DNA of 64,000 bases from Octopus sinensis (lineage: Eukaryota). Where the stretch lies: NCBI RefSeq assembly GCF_006345805.1, contig NC_043021.1:26784001-26848000 (forward strand). The letters are read 5' to 3'. This document shows positions 1 through 11,580 of the stretch, in pieces (the first letter of the stretch is position 1; the number at the start of each line of letters is the position of its first letter). Made by a program: the position numbers and the translations under genes. Under the pieces are notes generated by a model. The model did no database searches. It saw only the letters and a program-made list of their open reading frames with translations, and was not told where the DNA came from.

Positions 1-1
1 C

Positions 2-618
2 AGTCAATGTACGTTACTAGCCCAGAAAGAATATAAGAGACGTCATGACAACATAGAAAGAATTGTCCCTTGGACACATTGCAACAAGTATGGACTTGAC
101 AGAGCAAAAAAGTGGTACGAATATAAACTCGAAGGCATTAGTGAAAATGGTAATGCAAAGATCCTATGGGATTTTATGATTCAGTGTGACCATGAAATAG
201 AGAATAGGAAGCCAGACATAGTGTTAATTGAGAAAGAAAGCAAACGATGCTGGAGCATAGATATAGCATGTCCAGCTGACAACAAGGTGTGTGATAAGGA
301 AAAAAGAAAAGTCGATAGATACGACAGGTTAGCTTGGGAGGTTAAGCAGTTGTGGTCACTGAAAGAAGTGGTAGTAGCACCAATAATTGTCGGAGCCCTG
401 GGAACAGTGAGTAAAAATCTTGAGAAGTACATGGAACAAATAGGGGCTGCAATAAGTGTGGAGAACATGCAGAAAACAGCACTGCTTGGAACCGCTCGAA
501 TACTCCGGATGGTGCTTGAAAAATAAGGGGTGCTACCTTAGTTCACTGGGAGTGAACAGCTGGCACCATAGTACTTCTCCAGCGTTAGAAACTGTGCAAA
601 GACAATAAATAATAATAA
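2..618 (+). mobile_element. 3' end of an R4/Dong-clade non-LTR retrotransposon (end of zinc knuckle, restriction-like endonuclease domain, 3' UTR, (TAA)n tail)
   Basis: Frame open 2-526: ..CTLLAQKEYKRRHD..KILWDFMIQCDHEIENRKPDIVLIEK..IDIACPAD..PIIVGALG..LLGTARILR; the RHD and PD..D motifs are typical of RLE-type LINEs; ends in aataataataac at ~604-618. Confidence 0.9.
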
Positions 619-619
619 C

Positions 620-875
620 ACTACACTGATTTTGGATAGTGAGACTGAATCGTTGAATGCTGAGAATGTAAGAATTTCATGTGGCATTTTCCAGGGCGAC
701 TCTCAATCACCACTCCTCTTTTGTCTAACTTTAATACCTCTTTCCAAACTGCTCGATGAGGCACAATGTGGATATTAAAATTTTTGACAAAACTATAAAT
801 CATCTCTTTTGCATGAATGATTTAAAGCTTTTTACAAAAAATGACCAGCAACTACAGGGCTTACTAGCAACTGTA
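620..875 (+). mobile_element. Degenerate R4/Dong-type reverse transcriptase fragment
   Basis: Manual translation GIFQGDSQSPLLFCLTLIPLSKLL, then after a frameshift INHLFCMNDLKLF (decayed YMDD box). Confidence 0.8.
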
Positions 876-894
876 TAACAGTATGTGTGTGTAT

Positions 895-1075
895 GTGCCT
901 TCATGCTTGCATGAAGTTGGTCCCGACGATGTTGGAATCGACTTTGCTCAAATCTTTGAACCGAGGAGAAGCAGGAATGGCACCAGCTCGTGCGTTCTGA
1001 TGCTTTGTTTTCCGAGGAAGAGAAGGGAATGTTGCATCGCTTCACATTATCTTTTTGTTTGTCTTTGAAGCGCAA
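895..1075 (-). mobile_element. RTE-clade LINE C-terminal fragment
   Basis: ORF 800-1156(-) contains PLLRFKDKQKDNVKRCNI..SENKASERTSW..VQRFEQSR, resembling the RTE/BovB ORF C-terminus. Confidence 0.65.
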
Positions 1076-1096
1076 GAGTGGCTTTTCCGAATATTT

Positions 1097-1228
1097 AGGC
1101 ACAGGCGTAATCGTATGGTTTGCTTCCCAACCACATAACTCCGGGTTCAATCCCACTTAGGCAAGTGTCTTCTACTATAACTTCGGGCCGACTGAAGCCT
1201 TGTGAGTGGTTTTGAAAGAAGCACGTCG
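1097..1228 (+). mobile_element. tRNA-SINE family A, 5' part (decayed)
   Basis: ttgcttcccaaccac..gggttcaatcccac..ggcaagtgtcttctactata..gccttgtgagtgg; the same sequence recurs many times in the window. Confidence 0.75.
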
Positions 1229-1244
1229 TATATATATCTACATC

Positions 1245-1305
<61 letters not shown>

Positions 1306-1313
1306 TATATATA

Positions 1314-1345
<32 letters not shown>

Positions 1346-1477
1346 AGGCAAGGAAGAAAATGTAGAAGATAATTGACAAACATCAGCTAGATCCATTTAT
1401 TAATTAATTACAATCAAATGAATGTGAATAATTAAATAAATAAATATATAAACAAGAATAAATGAGTGAATATAACT

Positions 1478-1613
1478 CTAATCTTACAGCTGTTTCTATT
1501 TTGGTGAGGTCCAGAATGCCAAAGTTGGCACATCATACCAATATTATACAAAGATTGTACCAAAACTGAACAAAAATTGGCCAGGAATTGAACCCCAAAG
1601 CTTCATCAGAGAG
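1478..1613 (-). ncRNA. Degenerate type I hammerhead ribozyme-like motif (Penelope-type terminal repeat)
   Basis: Minus strand: CTGATGA (1609-1603), long stem II closed by tttgg/ccaaa, GAAAC-AGCT-GT-A (1496-1485); stem I weak. Confidence 0.45.
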
Positions 1614-1622
1614 TCAATAATG

Positions 1623-1890
1623 GCAAGAATTAAACAAATAAAAAAGTAAAATAAAATAATAAAAATACTAAAGAATAAGAAAAAATAAATTCCAAAATAA
1701 TATCCAGAGGTTGTGAGATCACATCTTGTGGGATCAATCTAATGGGGGATATAGACTATATTCCCCCCACACCCCGTTAGAATGAAATAAGATGTGATCT
1801 CACCTCTGGATATTATCTTGGAATTTACTTTTTACTAATCTTTAGTATTTTTATTATTTTGTTTTACTTTTTCTCTTGTTTAATTCTTGC
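1623..1890. repeat. Imperfect inverted repeat, arms ~105 bp, ~60-bp structured spacer
   Basis: gcaagaattaaacaa..gagatcacatctt (1623-1727) is the reverse complement of aagatgtgatctc..ttgtttaattcttgc (1789-1890). Confidence 0.85.
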
Positions 1891-2106
1891 TGGATACGAA
1901 CCTCTGACTCCACGACAATTTATTCCTGTATCCTTATTGACTCGGCCATCCATTCATTAAGTCAATCAAACAGACATCACCTCATAGTCTTTCCTTGCCA
2001 ACCTTCTTCCTATATTTTTACCTTCCTTTAGTCTTTTCTTTTATTATTGGTATTTTTTTGTAAGTCTTTTTTTAAGGTACAAAACGGCAGATTTTCGCAA
2101 AAGCCG

Positions 2107-2228
2107 TCAAGTGTACTCAATGACCCGGCGTGGAGTTTTGTCTGGTTTTTGTTGATATTCCGGATTGGTAGCAAGATTCATTGTGCTCTGCTTGAACATA
2201 AAGTCACTTTGTTCTTTGTTATGGAAAC
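2107..2228 (-). CDS. Candidate terminal coding exon (possibly of the metallopeptidase gene)
   Basis: Strong acceptor ttttctttttttttatcgtcag|GT; phase-1 frame (G)FHNKEQSDFMFKQSTMNLATNPEYQQKPDKTPRRVIEYT* with TGA at 2109-2107; AATAAA at 2045-2040; phase matches the donor at 45491 but linkage is unproven. Confidence 0.4.
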
Positions 2229-2540
2229 CTGACGATAAAAAAAAAGAAAATTTTTACACCTGAACAGAAACAACACCACCAACAACAACAACACCAACAA
2301 CAATGAATCTGCTAAGAGTTTTTCATAAAACAACGCCCAAAACAATTTTCGATTTTCACATTCAATACTGAAGACTCCTTCTTTTCGTTCATTTCCTTCG
2401 TGGCTTTTCTTTCTTTTTCCATCTCTTTCGTAACATTTGTTGCTTTTCCCTTCCTTATTTTATATCGGTTTTCACCCTTGTTTTTTTTATTGTTTTTTTC
2501 TTTTTCCCTATAATTTTGTCGTTCTTCATTCATATCTTAC

Positions 2541-2614
<74 letters not shown>

Positions 2615-3499
2615 GTGTCTTGCTCCAGCAACAATATATATATATTATGTGTGTGTGTGTGTGTGTACGCACATACATGTATTTATGCACACATATACAT
2701 ACGTTTATATATATATATCTATGTATATATGTATCTACATATATGTATGGATATGTACAGTTGCACCCCCCACATTCCCTTCCCCCACAAGCCAGCATTG
2801 CCATACTCCCACACCTATACACATACCGATATCCCACCAACACATGCGGCGCTTTCACCATTCCTCTTTCCACTCGCTTACACAAACACTGATGCGTGCA
2901 CCCCGCCATTCCTCCGTTCTGGAATCTCCGCCCCCCCCCACTCTCTACAATAGCAATCCTTCGACTCCCCCTGCGTCAATTCTGTTTTTAGAATTTCAAA
3001 ATAATTTTTAATATATTTTAATTCTAATTTCCATTTTTTTTTTCGCAAACAGTTTGCGAATTCAAGTGATACCAATTGAAAACCGTGCATACTTTGAACT
3101 ATCAGGCGCCTGGAGTCATTGGGAGAGAATGTGCGCCGTTTGGGGTCCTCCCACTCGACGGCATTATTGTGCATCAGCCCCACTCATTGACATGAAGTCC
3201 CGTTTACTACATCAACTGGTCACAAGTCCTCACTCAATATTCTTCTCGTCATTGTTCATCGTCTCTTTTTAATCTTTCCTGTCATTCAAAATCTCATACC
3301 AAAATAATTTAAGGCCCCGAGGTGTTAATGCTTGCAGTTAATGTTGTCTCGTTCTAATAATTTTATTGATAGTGAAGTTTTTTTCTTTTATTCAGCCGCT
3401 TGAGTTGATGTTTCAAAATTATTCTTTTTCGTCTCAAGATTTTGGGCGCGTAGAATCTTCGGCATATTTTTGGTAATTTCTCCATGAGATGTCTTTGGT

Positions 3500-4270
3500 G
3501 TGTTGTGAACTTAATATTCAGCTTGCATCATCTCACAGTGTTTAAATGTCTGATTCTGTGATGCTGGTTGCTTTCCTCTAGTTTCATTACCGACTTCACT
3601 TGTTTGCCTTAACTTATTAGCAAGTCCACTGCAGATATTTCCCAATTTAGCCAACCTCGTGGCACCCAACATCCAACATATTTCGTCAATGGTACCCATC
3701 CTGGAGTTCATAACCACCTACAAAAAGTTTTACAATCAGAAAGGAGCATTTATTTTGCTCATACTCCACCTATAAATCCCTGGGAATGTTGTGAAGATGC
3801 AATCACTCGCTGTATATAACTTCAGGATGGTGGCCCAGGATGGAGGTAGATTGTCATTAGCTTTGGTTATTATCTGTTGAAGGTTTAGCGAATCGAAAGG
3901 CCTCTCAAGCTTCTATGAGTGAAAGCAGAATCGAATGCTTTCTTAGAAGCTAATCGAATTCTTCTTTTCGTTGTCCTACATTTGTTTTATTGATTAGGAA
4001 TTGCTTAACCTATTTTTAAACACATTCTGTCGTGATTGTGATAATCTTGAGCCGATAATTTCAGACAGGTAGTATATATTTTAGACATTAGATTCTTGTC
4101 TGAAATTAACCGGCAGCTCTTTGCCATTTAACTGACTTGGTTATTTAGTATTGAACTTATTCCTTCCAATGTCAGACAGCTTAGTATATTTATATTCCCA
4201 CCGAGGAAATGTTTAGGCTAATAAGATACCATCGACAGAAAGTCAGGGTTTGTATCACTTCCTGATATTT
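3500..4270 (-). mobile_element. Highly degenerate R4/Dong-like reverse transcriptase relic
   Basis: Manual translation NLMSKIYTTCL..QDYH and RRIRLASKKAFDS (RT KKAFDS motif); many stops. Confidence 0.5.
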
Positions 4271-4595
4271 ATTTGCTGAATTTTTCCTATTACAGTCTCA
4301 GGTGAGAGTGCATGCTTTTGGTGTTAAGCAGGGACAACAATTCTTTTGGATATGTGTACATATGTATGCATCCAATAAAAGAGGTGTTTGTACGCACGTG
4401 TGCGTATATGTATGAGTGTGTATGTGATGTATGTGATGTATGTATGTATGTATGTATGTATGCATGTATGTATGTATGTATGTATGTATGTATGTATGTA
4501 TGTATGTATGTATGTATGTATGTATGTATGTGTGTGAGATATACGTATGCGTGTATGTATGTATGCATTTATGTACGTATGTATATATGTATGTA

Positions 4596-5788
4596 CAGGG
4601 TTGGACAAAATAATGGAAACACCTTAAAATTTCAAACAAATTTATTTTAATATGCGGTAGGGCCGCCTTTGGCAGTAATTACAGCTTGACTTCTACGAGG
4701 TGTGGACTCGTACAAAGTTTAAATCGTTTCCAATATCTTGCTAAAATTGCTGTTTCTTTTCAGTTATCATCAGGAAAAGGCTAAAAGAGTCGCCAGTTCT
4801 TGTAGTGATGATGGTGAAGGATATCGATTCCTTCCTTGTTTTTCTAAAATGCACCATAAATGTTGAATAATATTGAGATCTGGGGACTGTGGTGACCAGA
4901 TAGGATATTCAACTTCACTAGAATGTTCCTCGTGCCATTCAGTAACAACATTAACTGTGTGAATTGGTGCATTATCATCCTGAAAGATTGCACTTCTCTC
5001 CAGAAACAGTTCCGCAACAATAGGATGAATTTGATGAGATAAAATGCTTAAATAGTTTTGACTATTAATTCTGCCATGAAGGGAAACCGTTGGGCCGGCG
5101 GATTTCCAAGATATAGCCCCCTCCCCCCCACCGTATACTCGGCCGGTGGTCGGAAATAAGGTAAAGGATGACTCATCCGAGAAAATAACATTATTCCACT
5201 GCTCTAGGGACCAATTTTGTAGGTTTTTACTCCACTCTAAACACTTTGCAACGTTTGTCTTTGAAAGTAGTGGTTTTCTGATTGCAGCCCTCCAGTAAAA
5301 TCCAGCTTTGTGCAGCCCCCGGCGAACAGTTTAGCTGGAAACTTTGTTCTCGAGGTGATCATTAAGTTCTGCAGAATTTTGGGTGCTTTTCTTTGATGAT
5401 CCTTTCTAACAATTCGCGTAAAAGTCTAACGGTCCCTATCTGAAAGTTTTGGTTTTCTTCGACGAGTTTTGTTTCGACGAGGAGGTTTTTCCCTCTTTCT
5501 CAAAGGCTGTTATTACTTTCGAGACAGTACTTCTTGATACACCAAACATTTTGGCTGTTTTCGTTACGCCAGCGCTTGCGATACAAGCAACAACAATTTT
5601 ACCTCTTTGAAAGTCCAATAGATCTGTCATTTTAATGAATTTCAATTACCTTTTTCTGATGATATCTGAAAAGAAACAGCAATTTTAGCAAAACATTAAG
5701 CAACACTAATAATAAATCAAAAGAGATAAAAATAAACAAGCTTTTGACAGTTTTATAGATAGGTGTTTCCATTATTTTGTCCAACCCC

Positions 5789-5790
<2 letters not shown>
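4596..5790 (-). mobile_element. Tc1-family DNA transposon, defective, inserted at TA in a (TATG)n tract
   Basis: TIRs CAGGGTTGGACAAAATAATGGAAACACCT (4596) / AGGTGTTTCCATTATTTTGTCCAACCCCT (5761-5789), TA on both flanks; minus-strand transposase remnants MTDLLDFQRGKIV..FGVSRSTVSKV, IFSDESSF, FQDDNAPIH, SPDLNII; frameshifts and an internal deletion near 5120. Confidence 0.93.
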
Positions 5791-5820
<30 letters not shown>

Positions 5821-5834
5821 TGTATGTATGTATG

Positions 5835-5865
<31 letters not shown>

Positions 5866-5875
5866 GTGTGTGTGA

Positions 5876-6195
5876 GGGCGCGTGGCTTAGTGGTTAGGGC
5901 ATTCGGCTCATGATCGTAAGGTTGTGAGTTCGATTCCCGGCGACGCGTTGTGTCCTTAGCAAGACATTTATTTCACGTTGCTCCAGTCCACTCAGCTGGC
6001 AAAAAATGAGTTGTACTTGTATTTCAAAGGGTCAGCCTTGTCACTCTCTGTGTCACGCTGATTATCCCTGAGAACTACGTTAAGGGTACACGTGTCTGTG
6101 GAATGCTCAGCCATTTGCACGTTAATTTCACGAGCAAGCTGTTCCGTTGATCGGATCAACCGGGACCCTCGTCGTCGTAACCGGCGGAGTCTTTA
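5876..6195 (+). mobile_element. tRNA-SINE family B, full-length young copy
   Basis: A box TGGCTTAGTGG, B box GTTCGATTCC, then gtgtccttagcaagaca..ccagtccactcagctgg; near-identical copy at 58484-58806(-). Confidence 0.9.
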
Positions 6196-6596
6196 ACATG
6201 TAAGTGTATATATATATATATATATGCATGTATGTATGTAAGTGTATATGTATACTTCCATGTTTCCATGCACGTGTGGGAGATGTATATATGTATGTAT
6301 ATATGTGTATGTGTGTGTGTGGATGTATTTATTTATTACGTATACATTCATGCATATGTATGTGAATGTATGTATGAATGTCTGCATGTAATTATGTGTG
6401 TATATTTATTGGAATTATTTCGTGGAAGACGGAACTGGTTTCTTACAAGGAAATATAAATTCAACCAAACGGATTTGGATAACAGCAGTAATTGTCACAT
6501 ATTTGCTTCATAATTGTCACTTTTAGGTGTCTGTGTATACATATATATGTGTAATATATATTATATATATATATAATATATATATATATTATATAT

Positions 6597-6632
<36 letters not shown>

Positions 6633-6922
6633 GGTATATATTATATATATATATATATATTATAGGTATATATATATATATAGGTATATATATACATATA
6701 TGTATGTATATATATATAGTATGTTATATATATATGTATGTATATATATGTATATATATGTATGTATATATGTATGTATATATATATGTATATATATGTG
6801 TATAAAAAAACATTTAAATAATGAGGGAGATAAATTGAATATTAATTTAATTAATATCAATTTAAAACCAGTAGCCTAGCATACAAAAATCTGAAGAATC
6901 AGAGAAAATTCTAATACGTGTG

Positions 6923-7128
6923 TATATATTTAGAGGGCAAAAAAACCCCTGTGGTCAGCCTAATTCTTCTTTTTTATGTAATATTCATCTGTCTTGCCCG
7001 CATATTGTTCTGGTGTCCGCTGAATTTTTCTCTGGAGAACATTCTTTTCTTTGTAGTTTGATCGCAGATGATCTACTTCTAGCATATGGCTGACCACATA
7101 GTGTTTTTTTTAGCCCTTTAAATATATA
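6923..7128. repeat. MITE-like segment with ~38-bp imperfect terminal inverted repeats
   Basis: tatatatttagagggcaaaaaaacccctgtggtcagcc vs ggctgaccacatagtgttttttttagccctttaaatatata. Confidence 0.55.
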
Positions 7129-7289
7129 TATGTATATATATAATATATGTGTGTTGTATATAATATATAATATATAGATATGTATACTATATACATATGT
7201 ATTATATATATGTATATATATATGTATACATATGTATATATATATTGTATATATAATGTATAATATATGTTATATATATATGTATTATA

Positions 7290-7322
<33 letters not shown>

Positions 7323-7369
7323 GTAATATATATATATATATGTATATATATATGTGTGTATATATATAT

Positions 7370-7604
7370 ATTCTTACTACCCACAAGGGGCTAAACACAG
7401 AGGAGACAAACAAGGACAGACAAACGGATTAAGTCGATTACATCGACCCCAGTGCGCAAATGGTACTTAATTTATCGACCCCGGAAGGATGAAAGGCAAA
7501 GTCGACCTCGGCGGAATTTGAACTCGGAACGTAACGGCAGACGAAATACGGCCAACGGCATTTCGCCCGTGCTGTCATAGCTTCGTTTCTGCCAGTCGCC
7601 GCCT
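7370..7604 (-). mobile_element. SINE family C copy
   Basis: Reverse complement of ..gttccgagttcaaattccgccgaggtcgactttgcctttcatcc..gggtcgataaattaagtacc..; many homologues in the window (e.g. 9740-9950, 14020-14230, 17410-17585, 47450-47770, 48405-48600, 50475-50670, 52420-52625, 53150-53590, 60560-60745). Confidence 0.85.
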
Positions 7605-7666
7605 TTTTGTGTGTGTATGTAGTCTTATATATAATAATCTATATATATATATATAATATATATATA

Positions 7667-7766
<100 letters not shown>

Positions 7767-7779
7767 TATACATACATAC

Positions 7780-7971
7780 ACACTTCACTCTTTTACTTGT
7801 TTCATTCATTTGACTGCAGCCATGCTGGAGCACCCCAGGACTTATTCTTTGTAAGCCTAGTACTTATTCTATTGGCATCTTTTGCCGAACCGCTATGTTA
7901 CAGGGACGTAAACACACCAGCATCAGTTGTCAAGCAATGGTGGGAGGACAAACACAGATAAACAAACTCAC

Positions 7972-8018
<47 letters not shown>

Positions 8019-8185
8019 CACATATACAACGGGTCTCTTTCAGTTTTCGTCTACCAAATCTACTCACAAGGCTTTGGTCGACACGATGCTATAGTAGAAG
8101 ACACTTGCCCAAGGTGCCCCGCAGTGGGAAAGAACCCGGAACCATGTGGTTGGTAAGAAAGCTACTTATCACCCAGCCACTCTGC
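7780..8185 (-). mobile_element. tRNA-SINE family A, near full length with internal (TA/CA)n
   Basis: Head ..accaaccacatggttccgggttctttcccactgcgggcaccttgggcaagtgtc.., tail ggtgctccagcatggctgcagtcaaatgaatgaaac; other copies ~11170-11535, 13590-14010, 26625-27005, 27310-27690, 49500-49980, 50020-50265. Confidence 0.85.
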
Positions 8186-8215
8186 GTATATATATATGTA
8201 TGTTATATATATATA

Positions 8216-8266
<51 letters not shown>

Positions 8267-8332
8267 TTATATGTTGTATGTATGTATGTATGTATGATGT
8301 TATGTAGAGTATAATATATATATAATAATATA

Positions 8333-8550
8333 ACATTCAAAAATATAAGGAATGGCCATAATAGGACATTCGACTCACTAGAAAGAGCAGCCAAACTCAA
8401 ACCGCTGAAATTGAAAGAGAAATAAAAACGGGGTAAGCGTTTTTATTTCTCTTTCAATTTCAGAATTACAACTACTAGCGGTTTGAGTTTGGCTGCTCTT
8501 TTTAGTGAGTCGAATGTCCTATTATGGCCATTCCTTATATTTTTGAATGT
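8333..8550. repeat. Near-perfect palindrome (arms 98 and 113 bp, 7-nt loop) within (TA)n
   Basis: Arm 8333-8430 is the reverse complement of 8438-8550 apart from a ~15-bp indel; loop gggtaag. Confidence 0.92.
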
Positions 8551-8674
8551 ATATTATATAGTCTTTGACTATCATTTCTTTCTCGCTAGACCGCTGGTAG
8601 CGGAGAATTTTTTGTAGAATTTTTTGCTACCCTTATATTTATTAATATTATTATATATATATATATATCTATGT

Positions 8675-8774
8675 NNNNNNNNNNNNNNNNNNNNNNNNNN
8701 NNNNNNNNNNNNNNNNNNNNNNNNNNNNNNNNNNNNNNNNNNNNNNNNNNNNNNNNNNNNNNNNNNNNNNNNNN
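8675..8774. other. Assembly gap (100 N)
   Basis: Run of 100 N. Confidence 1.
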
Positions 8775-8819
8775 CACTCAACACTTATGCATAATTGAGA
8801 TCAAGAAAACTCTATGAGA

Positions 8820-8998
8820 TTTTTTTATTTATTCAGTTTCAGCTCACAAGCTGTGGCCATGCTGGGGCACCACCATTAACAATGTGCTATGCTTACTGCA
8901 CCGAGGTTTCCCAAGCGGTCACCCATCTAAGTACTGACTAGGCTTGACGTTGCTTAACTTCGGTGATGAGACGAGAACCAGTGCTTTCAACGTGGCAT
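8820..8998 (-). mobile_element. Candidate SINE3-like chimera: 5S head + short linker + CR1-LINE-type 3' tail
   Basis: Directly after the 5S part on the same strand: ggtggtgccccagcatggccacagcttgtgagctgaaactgaataaataaaaaa, matching the CR1 3' end at 33693-33733. Confidence 0.65.
8889..8998 (-). pseudogene. 5S rRNA-derived sequence, missing roughly the first 10 nt
   Basis: Minus strand atgccacgttgaaagcactggttctcgtctcatcaccgaagttaagcaacgtcaagcctagtcagtacttagatgggtgaccgcttgggaaacctcggtgcagtaagcat matches metazoan 5S rRNA including the A-box and C-box regions; single copy, no T-run terminator. Confidence 0.9.
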
Positions 8999-9072
8999 TT
9001 TTCAAAACCCAGCTATTACTATAAGTGAACTAGTTAAAACCAGGTTCTGCAATCAGTCAGCCTGACGCTTAC

Positions 9073-9146
9073 CTTTCCATCTTCAGTAATTGCCAATCGT
9101 AAAAAAAATTTCCTACATTGGGTTTCATAAAAATGCTTTGGGTTCT
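9073..9146 (-). CDS. Weak candidate internal exon
   Basis: Acceptor ccttag| and donor AAAG|GTAAGC; one frame reads NPKHFYETQCRKFFLRLAITEDGK; no homology I can confirm. Confidence 0.2.
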
Positions 9147-10760
9147 CTAAGGTTTAGAATGCAACTAAATCTCAGTAACCCAGAACATTTCTTTTACTTA
9201 GACTCTCATCTGACGGAGATCATCATTATAATCATCATTTTAACATCCAATTATCCATGTTTGCATGAGTCAAATGGAGTTTATTGAAGCAGATTTCTAT
9301 TACCTTCCTGTCACCTATTTCCAAGCAAGGTAACATTTATTTCCCCATCACTATGACATGTTCATGCAGAATATAAGAAATTAATTACATTACTTGTATG
9401 ACAGTGACAATCATTTACGACTATCATTTAATGTCAAGACAAGTGGACACACACACACACACGCACGCACACACACACACACATGCACGCACGCACACAC
9501 ACACACACATTTGATGAGCTCCTTTCAGTTTCTGTCTACCAAATCCACTCACAAAGCTTTGATTGGCCTGGGGCTATAGTAGAAGACACTTCCCCAAGAT
9601 ACCAGACAGTGGGACTGAACCCAAAACCATGTGATTGGGAAGCGAACCTCTTACCACACTGTCATGCCAGCACTGATAACCATGCCTGCATGTTCCTACT
9701 CAGTGAGACTAAATTTCAGAACATAGAGACGAACTAAATATTGGTTTCAAATTTTGGTACAAGGCCAGTAATTTCAGAGGAAGGCGAAGTTGATTAAATC
9801 AACCCCAGTGCTCAACTGGTACTTATTTAATTGACTCCAAGTGGATGAAAGGCAAAGCTGACCAATGCAGAATTTGAACTCAGAACACAAACACAGATGG
9901 AATGCTGCTAAGAATTTTGCTTGCTATGCTAACAATTCTGTCAGCATGACACTTTAGATGAACTAAATATTGTGAGGTATTTAGTCCAGCACCCTTCTCT
10001 ATCAAATTGATCTTGTTTTCTATTGTTGTCCTCTTGACAAAATGAAGAAATTATAATTGTCTCTAATTTAGGCACAAGGCCAGCTGTTTTGCAGAGATAG
10101 GAGCTTAAATTGATTTCAGTACCCTAGTGGTACTTTTTTTCATTGACCTTGTCGGAATGACAGGCAAAGTTGACCTCAGCAGGATTTGAATTCTGAACTT
10201 AAAGGGAGCCCCCTAAGCATTTGAAAGAATTTAATTCATGGCTGCTCTTACTGCTAACCCCTCTTGTGCATCTTATATGTCAATATAAGGTCCTTCTTCT
10301 CTAACAACTTGCTTATAATCACACTGCTTCTATTGTACATCTATAGTTTACAGTGGGTACATGATATGAAATTCCAACCAACTCATTTTCTATGTGAATG
10401 ATAATGCTTAAATGAAAGATGTTGATTATGTGAATGAAAACAAACGATTGAAAGAAAAAGATAATGTGAATAAAATGAAAAAGTGAAAAATGCCAATGTG
10501 AATGAAAGTAAAGAAGAAAAAAAAGATGATGATAATACTGTAAATCAAAATGAAGAAGAGAAAGAAAATGATGTGAATGAAAATGAAGAGGTGATAGAAG
10601 ATGATGCTAATGTGAAAGAAAATAAGGAAGAAATGAAAGATGATGATGACACTAAATGAAAATGACAATGAAAAGTGAATGATAATGTGATTTAAAAGGA
10701 AAACATGATAGAAGTAGCCAGATGAAAACAAATAATTCTGATATGATTAAAGTCCCTGAG

Positions 10761-10796
<36 letters not shown>

Positions 10797-11534
10797 AAAT
10801 TCAAATTAAATCCTGAAAAAACAACAAAACAAGGGATCTAAAGACACACCCTAATAAGATTAAATACTCGGAAAAAGAAAAAGGAAAATCATATTGAAAT
10901 TCTTGAAATATGTGTAAAAAATTTCACATATTTCACGTAATTTATTTTTATTTATTTAATTTTCAAATATTTATGGAAACCAAGCAAATAAACTAAAAGA
11001 AAAAATAAACCTGCAAAACATCCCCAAAAGTTAAAAGATAAGAAAGAAGGAAAATTATTACGTTGAGTAAGGAGTGAGATGAAGGATATTTCTTTAGATT
11101 AAAAAGAAACTGAATGATATAAATATATTAGATAATAGATAATACATACGTGTATATAAACACACATCTTTATTTTTTATCTTTTACTTGTTTCAGTCAT
11201 TAGACTGCGGCCATATTGGGGCACACCTTGGATTTCTTTTAGTTGAAAGAATTGATCCCAGTACTTATTTTTTAAACCAGGTATTTATTCTGTCAGTCTC
11301 TTTTGCTGAACCACTATATTACAGGGATGTAAACACACCAACACTGGTTGTCAAGCAGTGAGTGGCGTGTCAAACACACACACACACATAATGGACTTCT
11401 TTCAGTTTCTGCTGACCAAATCCATTCAGAAGGCTTTGGTTGACCTGACACTTGCTCAAGATGTCACGCAGTGGAACTGAACCTAGAATCATCTGGTTGG
11501 GAAGCAAGCTTCTTACCACACAGCTACGCCTGCA

Positions 11535-11574
<40 letters not shown>

Positions 11575-11580
<6 letters not shown>

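Noticed and set aside
5876-5950. tRNA-like sequences (also 58730-58806 and SINE-A heads)
   Set aside because: SINE heads: no complete cloverleaf or terminator, and each continues into a repeated body.
8889-8998. Functional 5S rRNA gene
   Set aside because: 5' end missing, substitutions, no oligo-T terminator, not in a tandem array, joined to a LINE-type tail.
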